From: Colwellia sp. | GTDB taxonomy: Bacteria; Pseudomonadota; Gammaproteobacteria; Enterobacterales; Alteromonadaceae | DNA: 64,000 nt | NCBI RefSeq assembly: GCF_013215345.1 | Contig: NZ_JABSOV010000010.1 | Span: forward strand, 1,564-65,563 | Direction of reading: 5' to 3' | Part shown: one piece after another, positions 10,178 to 18,488 of the stretch | Layout: each line of letters starts with the position of its first letter | Position numbering within the stretch: position 1 is the first letter of the stretch | Made by a program: the position numbers and the translations under genes | The notes under the pieces: generated by a model | The model's database searches: none | What the model saw: only the letters and a program-made list of their open reading frames with translations | Told to the model about the DNA's origin: nothing

Positions 10178-10350
10178 ATAACACCGAGCTGTCATAACTA
10201 CCGTGGCTTTCTTTTTAGGCTATATCAAGCCTACTTATTGTAAACCATCATGTTGTGATATGCCGTAACTAAAGCAATGTATTTATTGCACTTTTAGTTA
10301 CCAGGGTTAACAAGGAAACGCGTTAGCCTCCCTACATTTGGAAAGGTGAC
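10178..10350 (+). ncRNA. Moco riboswitch (Moco RNA motif) in the moaA leader
   Basis: 3' part CCAGGG...GGAAAC...GCCTCCCTACATTTGGAAAGGTG directly before the ATG matches the gammaproteobacterial moaA leader. Internal hairpin GTAACTAAA...TTTTAGTTAC. 5' boundary approximate. Confidence 0.85.
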
Positions 10351-11322
10351 ATGTTAACAGACAACTATGGCCGTAGGTTTTCTTACCTGCGCTTATCGAT
10401 TACTGACGTGTGCAATTTTAGCTGCACTTACTGCTTACCTGACGGTTATCAGTGCGATCAGCCACGTGATTTCTTATCACTATGTGAAATCAAACGTTTA
10501 ACCAAAGCTTTCGCCGAGCTAGGCACAGAGAAGATCCGCATTACTGGTGGTGAACCTGCCTTGCGTAAAGACTTACCTGAAATAATTCAAATTTGTAAAG
10601 AAACACCAGGTATCAAGAAAGTTGCCATAACCAGTAATGGTTTTAAATTACCTGAGCACTTACCTCAATGGTTGGATGCCGGCATTGATGCCATTAATAT
10701 CAGTATCGATAGTTTAGATCCACGCCAATTTCTCGCGATAACCGGGCACAATAAACTTAAGACCATTCTCAAGGGTATTGATATGGGCTTAGCCGATGGC
10801 AGAGCAACCATTAAAGTGAATACGGTATTAATGCGTGAGCATAGCGGCAGAGATATTCAAAGCTACCTTGACTGGATAAAAGATACCCCGATAACGTTAC
10901 GTTTTATTGAGTTAATGCAGACCGGTGATAACAAGGCATTTTTTGATGCACAACATGTACAAGGCTCACGCATTAAACAAAACTTAATCCTCGATGGTTG
11001 GCTGCCTGTTATTCAGAATAAATCAGCGGGTCCTGCCCAAGAATTTTATCATCCTGACTATCAAGGTAAAGTCGGTTTGATCATGCCCTACTCGAAGGAC
11101 TTTTGTAATAGCTGTAATCGCTTACGAATTAGCTCAAGTGGCAAGTTGCACTTGTGCCTATTTGGTGATGAAGGTTTGTCACTACGTGAACAATTGCAAA
11201 GTGATGATATAGTGCCAATACAACAGAAAATCGTATCGTTACTCGGTGACAAAAAAGCCACCCATTTTTTACATGAAAAGCTTACTGGTGCTACGAAACA
11301 CCTTGCCATGCTTGGGGGTTAG
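10351..11322 (+). CDS. moaA: GTP 3',8-cyclase MoaA
   Basis: CNFSCTYC radical-SAM motif, C-terminal FCNSCNR...C cluster, terminal GG. Confidence 0.97.
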   Translation: MLTDNYGRRFSYLRLSITDVCNFSCTYCLPDGYQCDQPRDFLSLCEIKRLTKAFAELGTEKIRITGGEPALRKDLPEIIQICKETPGIKKVAITSNGFKLPEHLPQWLDAGIDAINISIDSLDPRQFLAITGHNKLKTILKGIDMGLADGRATIKVNTVLMREHSGRDIQSYLDWIKDTPITLRFIELMQTGDNKAFFDAQHVQGSRIKQNLILDGWLPVIQNKSAGPAQEFYHPDYQGKVGLIMPYSKDFCNSCNRLRISSSGKLHLCLFGDEGLSLREQLQSDDIVPIQQKIVSLLGDKKATHFLHEKLTGATKHLAMLGG

Positions 11323-11324
11323 TT

Positions 11325-11990
11325 ATGAACCATCAAGCTATTGATTGTTTAGGTGTAGTACTTGCTGGCGGTTTATCTTCTCGCATGGGACAAGATAAGG
11401 CACAACTAACACGACTGAAAATTGGTGCCGATATCTCGGTAAAACCCGTAAGTAACATGCTAGATTTTTCCAAGCAGCTGCTTAGCGATGCCGGCATAAA
11501 AGATATCGTTGTTAGTGGTGATAACTATCAAATTCCAGACCTAGTACCATGCTCTGGCCCTGTTGGTGGAATTTATAGTGTTTTAGCTCATTACCCTGAA
11601 CACTTACAGCCGAAAGCATTATTATTATTACCCGTTGATTTACCCTTAATGACAGCCGCAGATTTAGCTAAACTGCGGCTGAAAGGTGAACTGAGTCACA
11701 AAGCGACTTTTTTCAGTGATGGTCAAAAACAAGCGCATCATATTCCGTTATACTTGCCCAACAATGCTTTTTTGCAACTGTTTTTAGCTCAGGCATTCCA
11801 GCGAGAAAGCTTGCTCGCCCTCGGCAATGAAAAGAGTAATAGAAGCGGTCATAAAAATAATAAAAATGGTCCTTCAGTTAGAGCCCTGCTAGAACAAGTG
11901 CCTCACCAAGCCATTACTAGTCCAAAAAATCAGGCGCTATTCAATACCAATACGCCAGAGCAGTGGCAACAAGCAAAAAAACAATTTTAG
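11325..11990 (+). CDS. mobA: Molybdenum cofactor guanylyltransferase MobA
   Basis: VLAGGLSSRMGQDKA, GPVGGI, PVDLP, NTNTPEQW. Confidence 0.9.
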   Translation: MNHQAIDCLGVVLAGGLSSRMGQDKAQLTRLKIGADISVKPVSNMLDFSKQLLSDAGIKDIVVSGDNYQIPDLVPCSGPVGGIYSVLAHYPEHLQPKALLLLPVDLPLMTAADLAKLRLKGELSHKATFFSDGQKQAHHIPLYLPNNAFLQLFLAQAFQRESLLALGNEKSNRSGHKNNKNGPSVRALLEQVPHQAITSPKNQALFNTNTPEQWQQAKKQF

Positions 11991-12032
11991 AGCGAACGTA
12001 TTGGTTAGCAATACACTCACTGTCAAGAGAAT

Positions 12033-12062
12033 CAATGGCAGCAAGCACAACAACAGTTTTAG
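12033..12062 (+). repeat. Diverged direct copy of the last 30 bp of mobA (11961-11990)
   Basis: 25/30 nt identical; QWQQAQQQF* versus QWQQAKKQF*. Confidence 0.75.
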
Positions 12063-12147
12063 TCTAAGCATATTGAGTAGCAATACGCTGCAATATGAGT
12101 AGCAAAAAATTTAATTTAATCTAAAAGATTTAGTAAAGGATAAACCT

Positions 12148-12723
12148 ATGTCAGCACATGGCGGCAACACTTTCGTTCCCTTAAATATCGCCGTTTTAAC
12201 GGTTTCAGATACACGCACCGAAGCGAACGATACTTCGGGGCAAGCGCTAGTTGAGCGTTTAACCCAAGCAGGTCACAACTTAGCTGATAAAGCCATTGTT
12301 ATAGATGACGTTTATCAATTGCGTGCGCAAGTTTCCAAATGGATTGCCGATGATACTATTCATGCCATTATTTCTACCGGTGGTACTGGCTTTACCGATC
12401 GTGATAATACGCCTGAAGCATTAACACCATTATTTGATAAGGCCGTAGAGGGATTTGGTGAAGTTTTTCGTCACGTGTCCTTAATTGAAATAGGCACCTC
12501 TACTATTCAATCTCGTGCATTTGGCGGCATCGCCAACAAAACGGTAGTCTTGTGTGTTCCAGGCTCAACTAATGCTTGTAAAACGGCTTGGGATAAAGTG
12601 ATTAAAGAGCAGCTCGATGCTAGTCATCGTCCTTGTAATTTTGTCCCACACTTAAATATCACGGCAGAGCCGTCAGCGAGTAAAGAGTCTTCAATTGTTG
12701 AAAAATGTGGGACTCGCGGTTAA
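12148..12723 (+). CDS. moaB: Molybdenum cofactor biosynthesis protein MoaB
   Basis: [31 protein letters not shown]. Confidence 0.93.
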   Translation: MSAHGGNTFVPLNIAVLTVSDTRTEANDTSGQALVERLTQAGHNLADKAIVIDDVYQLRAQVSKWIADDTIHAIISTGGTGFTDRDNTPEALTPLFDKAVEGFGEVFRHVSLIEIGTSTIQSRAFGGIANKTVVLCVPGSTNACKTAWDKVIKEQLDASHRPCNFVPHLNITAEPSASKESSIVEKCGTRG

Positions 12724-13244
12724 TGACTAACTCTACATCAAAAAATAGCACGCCTGAGGCAGCACCTGAGCTAAGCCATCTGAACCAGCAAGGTGAAGCT
12801 AACATGGTCGATGTCACGGAAAAAGCCATGACATCGCGTACGGCAACCGCGCAAGGTTTTATTAAAATGAATCGTGCGACTTTTGAATTAATTACTACAG
12901 GTAAACATAAAAAGGGTGATGTGTTTGCTGTTGCTCGTATTGCTGGCATTCAAGCGGCGAAAAAGTGCAGCGACTTGATTCCTTTATGTCATCCATTGAT
13001 GCTAACTAAGGTACAAGTAGACTTCACCCTTGATAGTCAAAACAACCAAGTACAAGTGAATAGCTTATGTCGCTTAACAGGACAAACAGGCGTAGAGATG
13101 GAAGCATTAACGGCTGTTTCTGTTGCTTGTTTAACCTTGTTTGATATGTGTAAAGCCGCCGATCCTGCCATGCAGATTAACGGTATAGAAGTATTAACAA
13201 AAGAAGGCGGTAAATCGGGCCATTGGCAAACACCATCAACCTAA
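12723..13244 (+). CDS. moaC: Cyclic pyranopterin monophosphate synthase MoaC
   Basis: LSHL...[31 protein letters not shown] at 12723 overlaps the moaB stop. Confidence 0.95.
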   Translation: MTNSTSKNSTPEAAPELSHLNQQGEANMVDVTEKAMTSRTATAQGFIKMNRATFELITTGKHKKGDVFAVARIAGIQAAKKCSDLIPLCHPLMLTKVQVDFTLDSQNNQVQVNSLCRLTGQTGVEMEALTAVSVACLTLFDMCKAADPAMQINGIEVLTKEGGKSGHWQTPST

Positions 13245-13273
13245 TTTAACGAGAACTAATAGAGAGAATTAGT

Positions 13274-13522
13274 ATGATTAAAATTGTTTTTTTTGCCGCT
13301 TTAAGAGAGCAGCTAGATTGTGCTGAACTGTCTTTAAACGCCGATGATGTAAAAACAGTCAATGACGTTAAACAGCGCTTAAGTGATAAAAATTCCCAGT
13401 GGCGACAAACCTTTAGCAATGCCTCACTGTTATCGGCAGTGAACCATGACATGGTGGATGGCAGTCATTTAGTGAAATCTGGTGATGAAGTTGCCTTTTT
13501 CCCTCCTGTGACCGGCGGATAA
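13274..13522 (+). CDS. moaD: Molybdopterin synthase sulfur carrier MoaD
   Basis: FFAALRE and C-terminal AFFPPVTGG. Confidence 0.95.
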   Translation: MIKIVFFAALREQLDCAELSLNADDVKTVNDVKQRLSDKNSQWRQTFSNASLLSAVNHDMVDGSHLVKSGDEVAFFPPVTGG

Positions 13523-13525
13523 CAG

Positions 13526-14008
13526 ATGATAAGCCAAGACGTTTTGAAAGAGATATCCATCCAAACTAAGGATTTTAGTTTAGCCGATGAAGTTGCCTTA
13601 CTTGAAAAAGACAACTTAACCGATGGCGCTGTGGTGACCTTCACCGGCAGAGTTAGAAATAACAATAATGGTAATAGCGTAACTAGCTTAACGCTAGAGC
13701 ATTACCCAGGTATGACTGAAAAATCATTAGCTAAAATTATCAACCAAGCTAAAGAGCAATGGCGGATAGGACGAGTTAAAGTCATTCATCGCATTGGCGA
13801 ACTGCATATAGGTGAGCAAATTGTTTTTGTGGGCGTCACCAGCAAACATAGACAAGATGCTTTTGCTGCCAATGAATTCATCATGGATTATTTGAAAGTT
13901 AAAGCGCCTTTTTGGAAGAAAGAGCAAATTACCGAGGCTGGAAAAACTTCAGAAAACTGGTTGGATGCTAAAACCAGTGATACTGACAAAGCAGAGCTGT
14001 GGAGCTAG
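13526..14008 (+). CDS. moaE: Molybdopterin synthase catalytic subunit MoaE
   Basis: GAVVTFTGRVR, LEHYPGMT, HRIGEL, APFWKKE. Confidence 0.95.
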   Translation: MISQDVLKEISIQTKDFSLADEVALLEKDNLTDGAVVTFTGRVRNNNNGNSVTSLTLEHYPGMTEKSLAKIINQAKEQWRIGRVKVIHRIGELHIGEQIVFVGVTSKHRQDAFAANEFIMDYLKVKAPFWKKEQITEAGKTSENWLDAKTSDTDKAELWS

Positions 14009-14009
14009 C

Positions 14010-14858
14010 GTGCTACGTTTTCTTTTATACAGCTTGCTATCTTGCTGTTTTGTCATCAGCTTACTTACCAGTGTTAGTAGCAATGCACAACCAAGCGCGG
14101 ATAAAGGCAAGCAAGCTTCCAGCACACCTTTACGCATTGCCGTTGCAGCTAACTTCACCCCAGTATTAAAAGTATTACTCGAAGACTTCCGCAAACAAAC
14201 AGGTATAAAAACCCAGATAATTAGTGGTGCTAGTGGCGCGATTTTTTTGCAAATTAAACACGGCGCGCCTTATGATATTTTCCTCAGTGCTGATAGTCGC
14301 CGTCCAAAGCAACTTGAGCAAGCCGGTTTTACGCTGAAAAATAGTCGTAAAACCTATGCTATTGGTCAGCTAGCATTATATTCCGCCACTAAAAATTCAC
14401 TTGAACCATTATCTCTTGAACAATTACCTCTTAACCTGTTAAAAAGTCCGCCGGCACGCTTGGCCATTGCTAATCCCGACATTGCTCCTTATGGCAAAGC
14501 AGCCAAAGAAGCGCTAAACCATATGGGTTTGTGGCAGGCTTATCAAAATAGATTAATAAAGGGTATTAATATCGGGCAAACCTTTGCCCAAGTACGTAGC
14601 AAAGCGGTTAGCAGTGGTATCGTTGCCAATAGCCAATTAGTGATAAATAATTTATCAGGGGTGCTTATCCCAACAAGTTATCATCAAGCGATTGAGCAAC
14701 AGTTAATTATTATTCGCGCCAGTAAGCAGCAAGTAGCCGCGAAAAAATTAAGTGACTATTTACTCTCAGCCAAGAGCCAAGCTACTATCGTTAGTTATGG
14801 TTACGCCGCAATGACTCTAACGAATAACAGCGAGCTAATGATAGATCATGAATTCTGA
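14010..14858 (+). CDS. modA: Molybdate ABC transporter substrate-binding protein
   Basis: AVAANF, SGASG, DIFLSAD, ANPDIAPYG. GTG at 14010 with GGAG RBS chosen over the track start at 13965. Confidence 0.92.
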   Translation: MLRFLLYSLLSCCFVISLLTSVSSNAQPSADKGKQASSTPLRIAVAANFTPVLKVLLEDFRKQTGIKTQIISGASGAIFLQIKHGAPYDIFLSADSRRPKQLEQAGFTLKNSRKTYAIGQLALYSATKNSLEPLSLEQLPLNLLKSPPARLAIANPDIAPYGKAAKEALNHMGLWQAYQNRLIKGINIGQTFAQVRSKAVSSGIVANSQLVINNLSGVLIPTSYHQAIEQQLIIIRASKQQVAAKKLSDYLLSAKSQATIVSYGYAAMTLTNNSELMIDHEF

Positions 14859-15567
14859 CTTACAAGCACTGATCACCACCTTAGAAATGGCGGCATTAAC
14901 CACGATAATTTTACTGATTATTGGTACGCCACTGGCTTGGTATCTAGCCAAAATGACCAGCCGTTTTAAAGTTATCATTGAAGCTGTGGTCGCTTTACCG
15001 CTAGTGTTACCACCAACGGTACTAGGTTTTTATTTACTCATTGCTTTTTCCCCTGAATACTTACCCGGACAACTTTGGCAGCAAGCAACGGGTCAACAGC
15101 TGGCCTTTAGTTTTTCCGCCATCGTTATTGGCTCAGTTTTATACTCACTGCCTTTTGTCGTTCAGCCACTGCAAAAAGCCTTTGAACAATTAGGTGATTC
15201 GCTACTCGAAGCGGGCGCTTTACTTGGCGCGGGGCCAATCGATAGATTTTTTTCTATTGTGCTGCCATTAACAAAAGCCAGCTTTATTACCGCCGCCAGT
15301 TTAGGTTTTGCTCATACGGTCGGCGAATTTGGAGTCATATTAATGATTGGTGGCAATATACCCGGTGAAACACGGGTACTTTCCATTGCGCTATTTGACC
15401 ATGTTGAGGCTTTTGATTATGCCAGAGCACATCTGCTTTCCATCAGTTTATTAATAACTTCTATGGTGCTATTAGCCGCTATCTATTGGTTAAATTTACC
15501 GAAAAAAAACAGCAGTAAGAATTTAATGGTTAACACTGTGCGAGAAGAGAAAAGTTCTCATGAATAA
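14848..15567 (+). CDS. modB: Molybdate ABC transporter permease
   Basis: LPLVLPPTVLGFYLL, FAHTVGEFG, GGNIPGET. Confidence 0.95.
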   Translation: MNSDLQALITTLEMAALTTIILLIIGTPLAWYLAKMTSRFKVIIEAVVALPLVLPPTVLGFYLLIAFSPEYLPGQLWQQATGQQLAFSFSAIVIGSVLYSLPFVVQPLQKAFEQLGDSLLEAGALLGAGPIDRFFSIVLPLTKASFITAASLGFAHTVGEFGVILMIGGNIPGETRVLSIALFDHVEAFDYARAHLLSISLLITSMVLLAAIYWLNLPKKNSSKNLMVNTVREEKSSHE

Positions 15568-16744
15568 TTATCCTATAAGTCACTCTCCTGTAAATAATGC
15601 TGCTTTGAATAGTCGGTCTAACAATAAAACACCACAACTCGACCTTAATATTAGTATTGAATATCAGCAATTTGATTTAGCCATTGAGCTAGCAATCCCC
15701 TTAATAGGCATCACTGGAATTTTTGGCCACTCGGCATCAGGTAAATCAACATTATTGCGCGCCATTGCCGGTTTAGAAACATCGTTGCGTGGTGAGATAA
15801 CCTTAACCGATACAAGCTTGCCCAGTAGAACCTTTGTCAGTAGAACTTTAGTCAACAGTGAGCGAGGTTTGTATCTCAAACCTGAGCAGCGCCAAGTAGG
15901 CTTAGTGTTTCAAAATAGTCGTTTGTTTCCACATTTAACTGTGCGGGGTAACTTAGAATATGCGGTCAAACGTTGTAAAAATAACCGCCTGTCATTAGAT
16001 GAAGTAATTAAACTCACCGAGTTAGGCGCCTTGCTTGATCATCGAGTCAATCAACTCTCCGGTGGTCAACAGCAAAGAGTCGCCTTAGCCAGAGCAATAC
16101 TAGCCGAGCCGAAATTATTACTACTCGATGAGCCATTAAGCGCCCTTGATCGACACAGTAAAACCCAATTATTAAAAATGATGCTTAATATTCAAAAACA
16201 GCTGAACTTACCTATGTTATACGTTAGTCACTCTTTAGATGAATTACAGCAAGTTTGTGACAACTTACTCGTGCTAGCTCAAGGTAAGGTGGTCAATTTT
16301 GGTAATATTCACCAAGTTATTCATCAGCTCAACAATGACAATAATAGTGATATTATTCATCAACAAACCAGTTTATCACTGCCCATTAAAACCTTTAATA
16401 ATGGACATGGCTTAACGGCTTTAGCGTTAAATGCCCACGAAGACATTTTTATGGTTTGCGATCAGACATTTGAGCAGCAAACTCATTTACGTTGCTTTAT
16501 TTTGGCTAGCGATATTAGTATTACCCTAACAGAGCCAACTAATAGCTCTATCGTTAATCACCTCTTTGGCACGATAAAACAAATAAACCATCAGCAGAAT
16601 AATGTGCTGTTGACGGTTCATTGTGGCTCACAAGACTTTTTTGTCACTATCAGTGCTTTTTCTCAACAAAAGTTATCACTAACCATCAGACAACAGGTAT
16701 ATTTGCAGTTTAAAGCAAGTGCTGTGCGTACTTTTATCCATTAA
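15560..16744 (+). CDS. modC: Molybdate ABC transporter ATPase
   Basis: Walker A GHSASGKST, LSGGQQQR, C-terminal TOBE-like domain. Confidence 0.93.
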   Translation: MNNYPISHSPVNNAALNSRSNNKTPQLDLNISIEYQQFDLAIELAIPLIGITGIFGHSASGKSTLLRAIAGLETSLRGEITLTDTSLPSRTFVSRTLVNSERGLYLKPEQRQVGLVFQNSRLFPHLTVRGNLEYAVKRCKNNRLSLDEVIKLTELGALLDHRVNQLSGGQQQRVALARAILAEPKLLLLDEPLSALDRHSKTQLLKMMLNIQKQLNLPMLYVSHSLDELQQVCDNLLVLAQGKVVNFGNIHQVIHQLNNDNNSDIIHQQTSLSLPIKTFNNGHGLTALALNAHEDIFMVCDQTFEQQTHLRCFILASDISITLTEPTNSSIVNHLFGTIKQINHQQNNVLLTVHCGSQDFFVTISAFSQQKLSLTIRQQVYLQFKASAVRTFIH

Positions 16745-16780
16745 AGCCAATAACTAATAGCCAATAAACTAGGAACACAC

Positions 16781-17548
16781 GTGTTAAGTAATCAAGAGCA
16801 ACTTAAATACTCCCGCCAAATCATGTTGGATAAAATTGGCGAGCAAGGACAATTAGCACTGCGTAACGCTAAGGTGCTTATTTTAGGCGTCGGCGGCTTA
16901 GGCAATCCCGCCAGTTTATATTTAGCTGCCGCCGGTGTTGGCACCCTTTATCTTGCCGATGGCGATTGTATCGAGCTGAGTAACTTACCCAGACAGATCC
17001 TCTTTAGTGAAAGTAATATTAATGAAAATAAAGCTGACGTCGCCGCAGAGAAACTACAGCAACAATTTCCTGATGTAACTATTGAAGCTATTGATGAAAT
17101 GCTCGATGCAGAGTTATGTGAATATTATCTGCCACAAGTCGATTTAGTGCTCGATTGCTCTGACAACATTCAAACGCGTTACTTGATCAACCAAGCCTGT
17201 GTGCAACATAAAGTGCCTCTGATAGTGGGTGCTGCAACGGGCTTTGATGGCCAACAGCTCACCATAGACCCCCGAGATGACAGCAGTGCTTGTTACCACT
17301 GCCTTTTTCCTGCCAGTGAAAAAGCGCCGGCCACTAATTGTCAAACTGTTGGTATAATTGGCCCTGTATTAGCCATGATTGCCGGGATGCAAAGCTTACA
17401 GGCCATTAAACTGTTAACAGGAAATAAAGTGCAGCTTAACCAACTGAACTTACTCGATGGTCTAGCCAATCAATGGCAACAATTTAACATGAAAAAACAA
17501 AAAAGTTGCGTGGTATGTGGTACAAGCGATAAAACTATTAACGGCTAA
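16781..17548 (+). CDS. moeB: Molybdopterin-synthase adenylyltransferase MoeB (ThiF/MoeB family)
   Basis: RYSRQI-like KYSRQI, GVGGLG, SNLPRQ, two CxxC Zn motifs; Moco context. Confidence 0.9.
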   Translation: MLSNQEQLKYSRQIMLDKIGEQGQLALRNAKVLILGVGGLGNPASLYLAAAGVGTLYLADGDCIELSNLPRQILFSESNINENKADVAAEKLQQQFPDVTIEAIDEMLDAELCEYYLPQVDLVLDCSDNIQTRYLINQACVQHKVPLIVGAATGFDGQQLTIDPRDDSSACYHCLFPASEKAPATNCQTVGIIGPVLAMIAGMQSLQAIKLLTGNKVQLNQLNLLDGLANQWQQFNMKKQKSCVVCGTSDKTING

Positions 17549-17559
17549 TACCAGCTAAG

Positions 17560-17670
17560 AAAGTACAGCTTAACCAACTGAACTTACTCGATGGTCTAGC
17601 TAATCAATGGCAGCAATTTAACATGAAAAGCAAGCCAGTTGCACCGTGTGTGGTTCAAATAGTAGTTGAG
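17560..17670 (+). repeat. Diverged direct copy of the moeB 3' end (from 17426)
   Basis: First 25 codons differ at 4 positions, all synonymous; CxxC is retained (CTVC versus CVVC); ends in its own TGA. Confidence 0.95.
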
Positions 17671-17691
17671 CTAACCAACAAGATACCGCGC

Positions 17692-18258
17692 TTAATAACT
17701 ACCTAAAGTAAATTGGCACTTAGCACTGGTAATTATTAATTCAGTGCCGTTTTTTGTCTGTTGTTCTTTGGCAATAGCAGCCCATTGGTAATAGACATTA
17801 CGATGAACTTTTGCAGTTAAATTTCGTCGTACTGTCACATACAAGTCGCCACTTTCATTAACAATTAATGGGTGCTGTTTATCAAGGGTAAACTCATCAC
17901 CTAAGTTAGTGGTAACTTGCATAACAGTCTCTTTTTCATCTAGCCAGCGCCACAGGGTAAGGACAAAAGGAGCGTCATCCACCTGAATTTTCACTTTCTC
18001 AACCGGTGTCACTAAGAAATACTCGGCCATATTTTTAGATAAGTCGTCACTTACATCTTTGCTTACATCTTTAATAAGTACAGAAGCAAACATTTTTACC
18101 AGTGCTAAACGCTTAAAAATAGTGCCGTTGTAATACCAGTCGCCATTCGCTTTAATCTGTATATCAATTTCACCACAATAGGGCGGGTTCCATGACTCGA
18201 CTGGCGGTAATGATTTTTTACTGCCCGCAAGCTGAGCTGAGATTTTATCTAATGACAT
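17692..18258 (-). CDS. DUF1285 family protein
   Basis: PPVESWNPPYCGEIDIQIKANGDWYYNGT...YFLVTPVEKVKIQVDDAPF. Confidence 0.85.
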   Translation of the reverse strand: MSLDKISAQLAGSKKSLPPVESWNPPYCGEIDIQIKANGDWYYNGTIFKRLALVKMFASVLIKDVSKDVSDDLSKNMAEYFLVTPVEKVKIQVDDAPFVLTLWRWLDEKETVMQVTTNLGDEFTLDKQHPLIVNESGDLYVTVRRNLTAKVHRNVYYQWAAIAKEQQTKNGTELIITSAKCQFTLGSY

Positions 18259-18488
18259 AATGGCGGAATTTCCTTACAAAATTACGTTAATTGGTAAAAC
18301 GGGTTAGCCTAACGGTATTACGCGACAAGTGCATTTGATTATAATTAATATCATGCTAACTTATTGCCGATACAATTTTTTAACATTTGAGCCAGTTCAA
18401 CAAGCACTTGCTTAAGATAATACCAAATCTATTACGTTATTTCCCACTAAGGAAGAATTTAATAGCATTGGTATCACAAGGAATAGAC

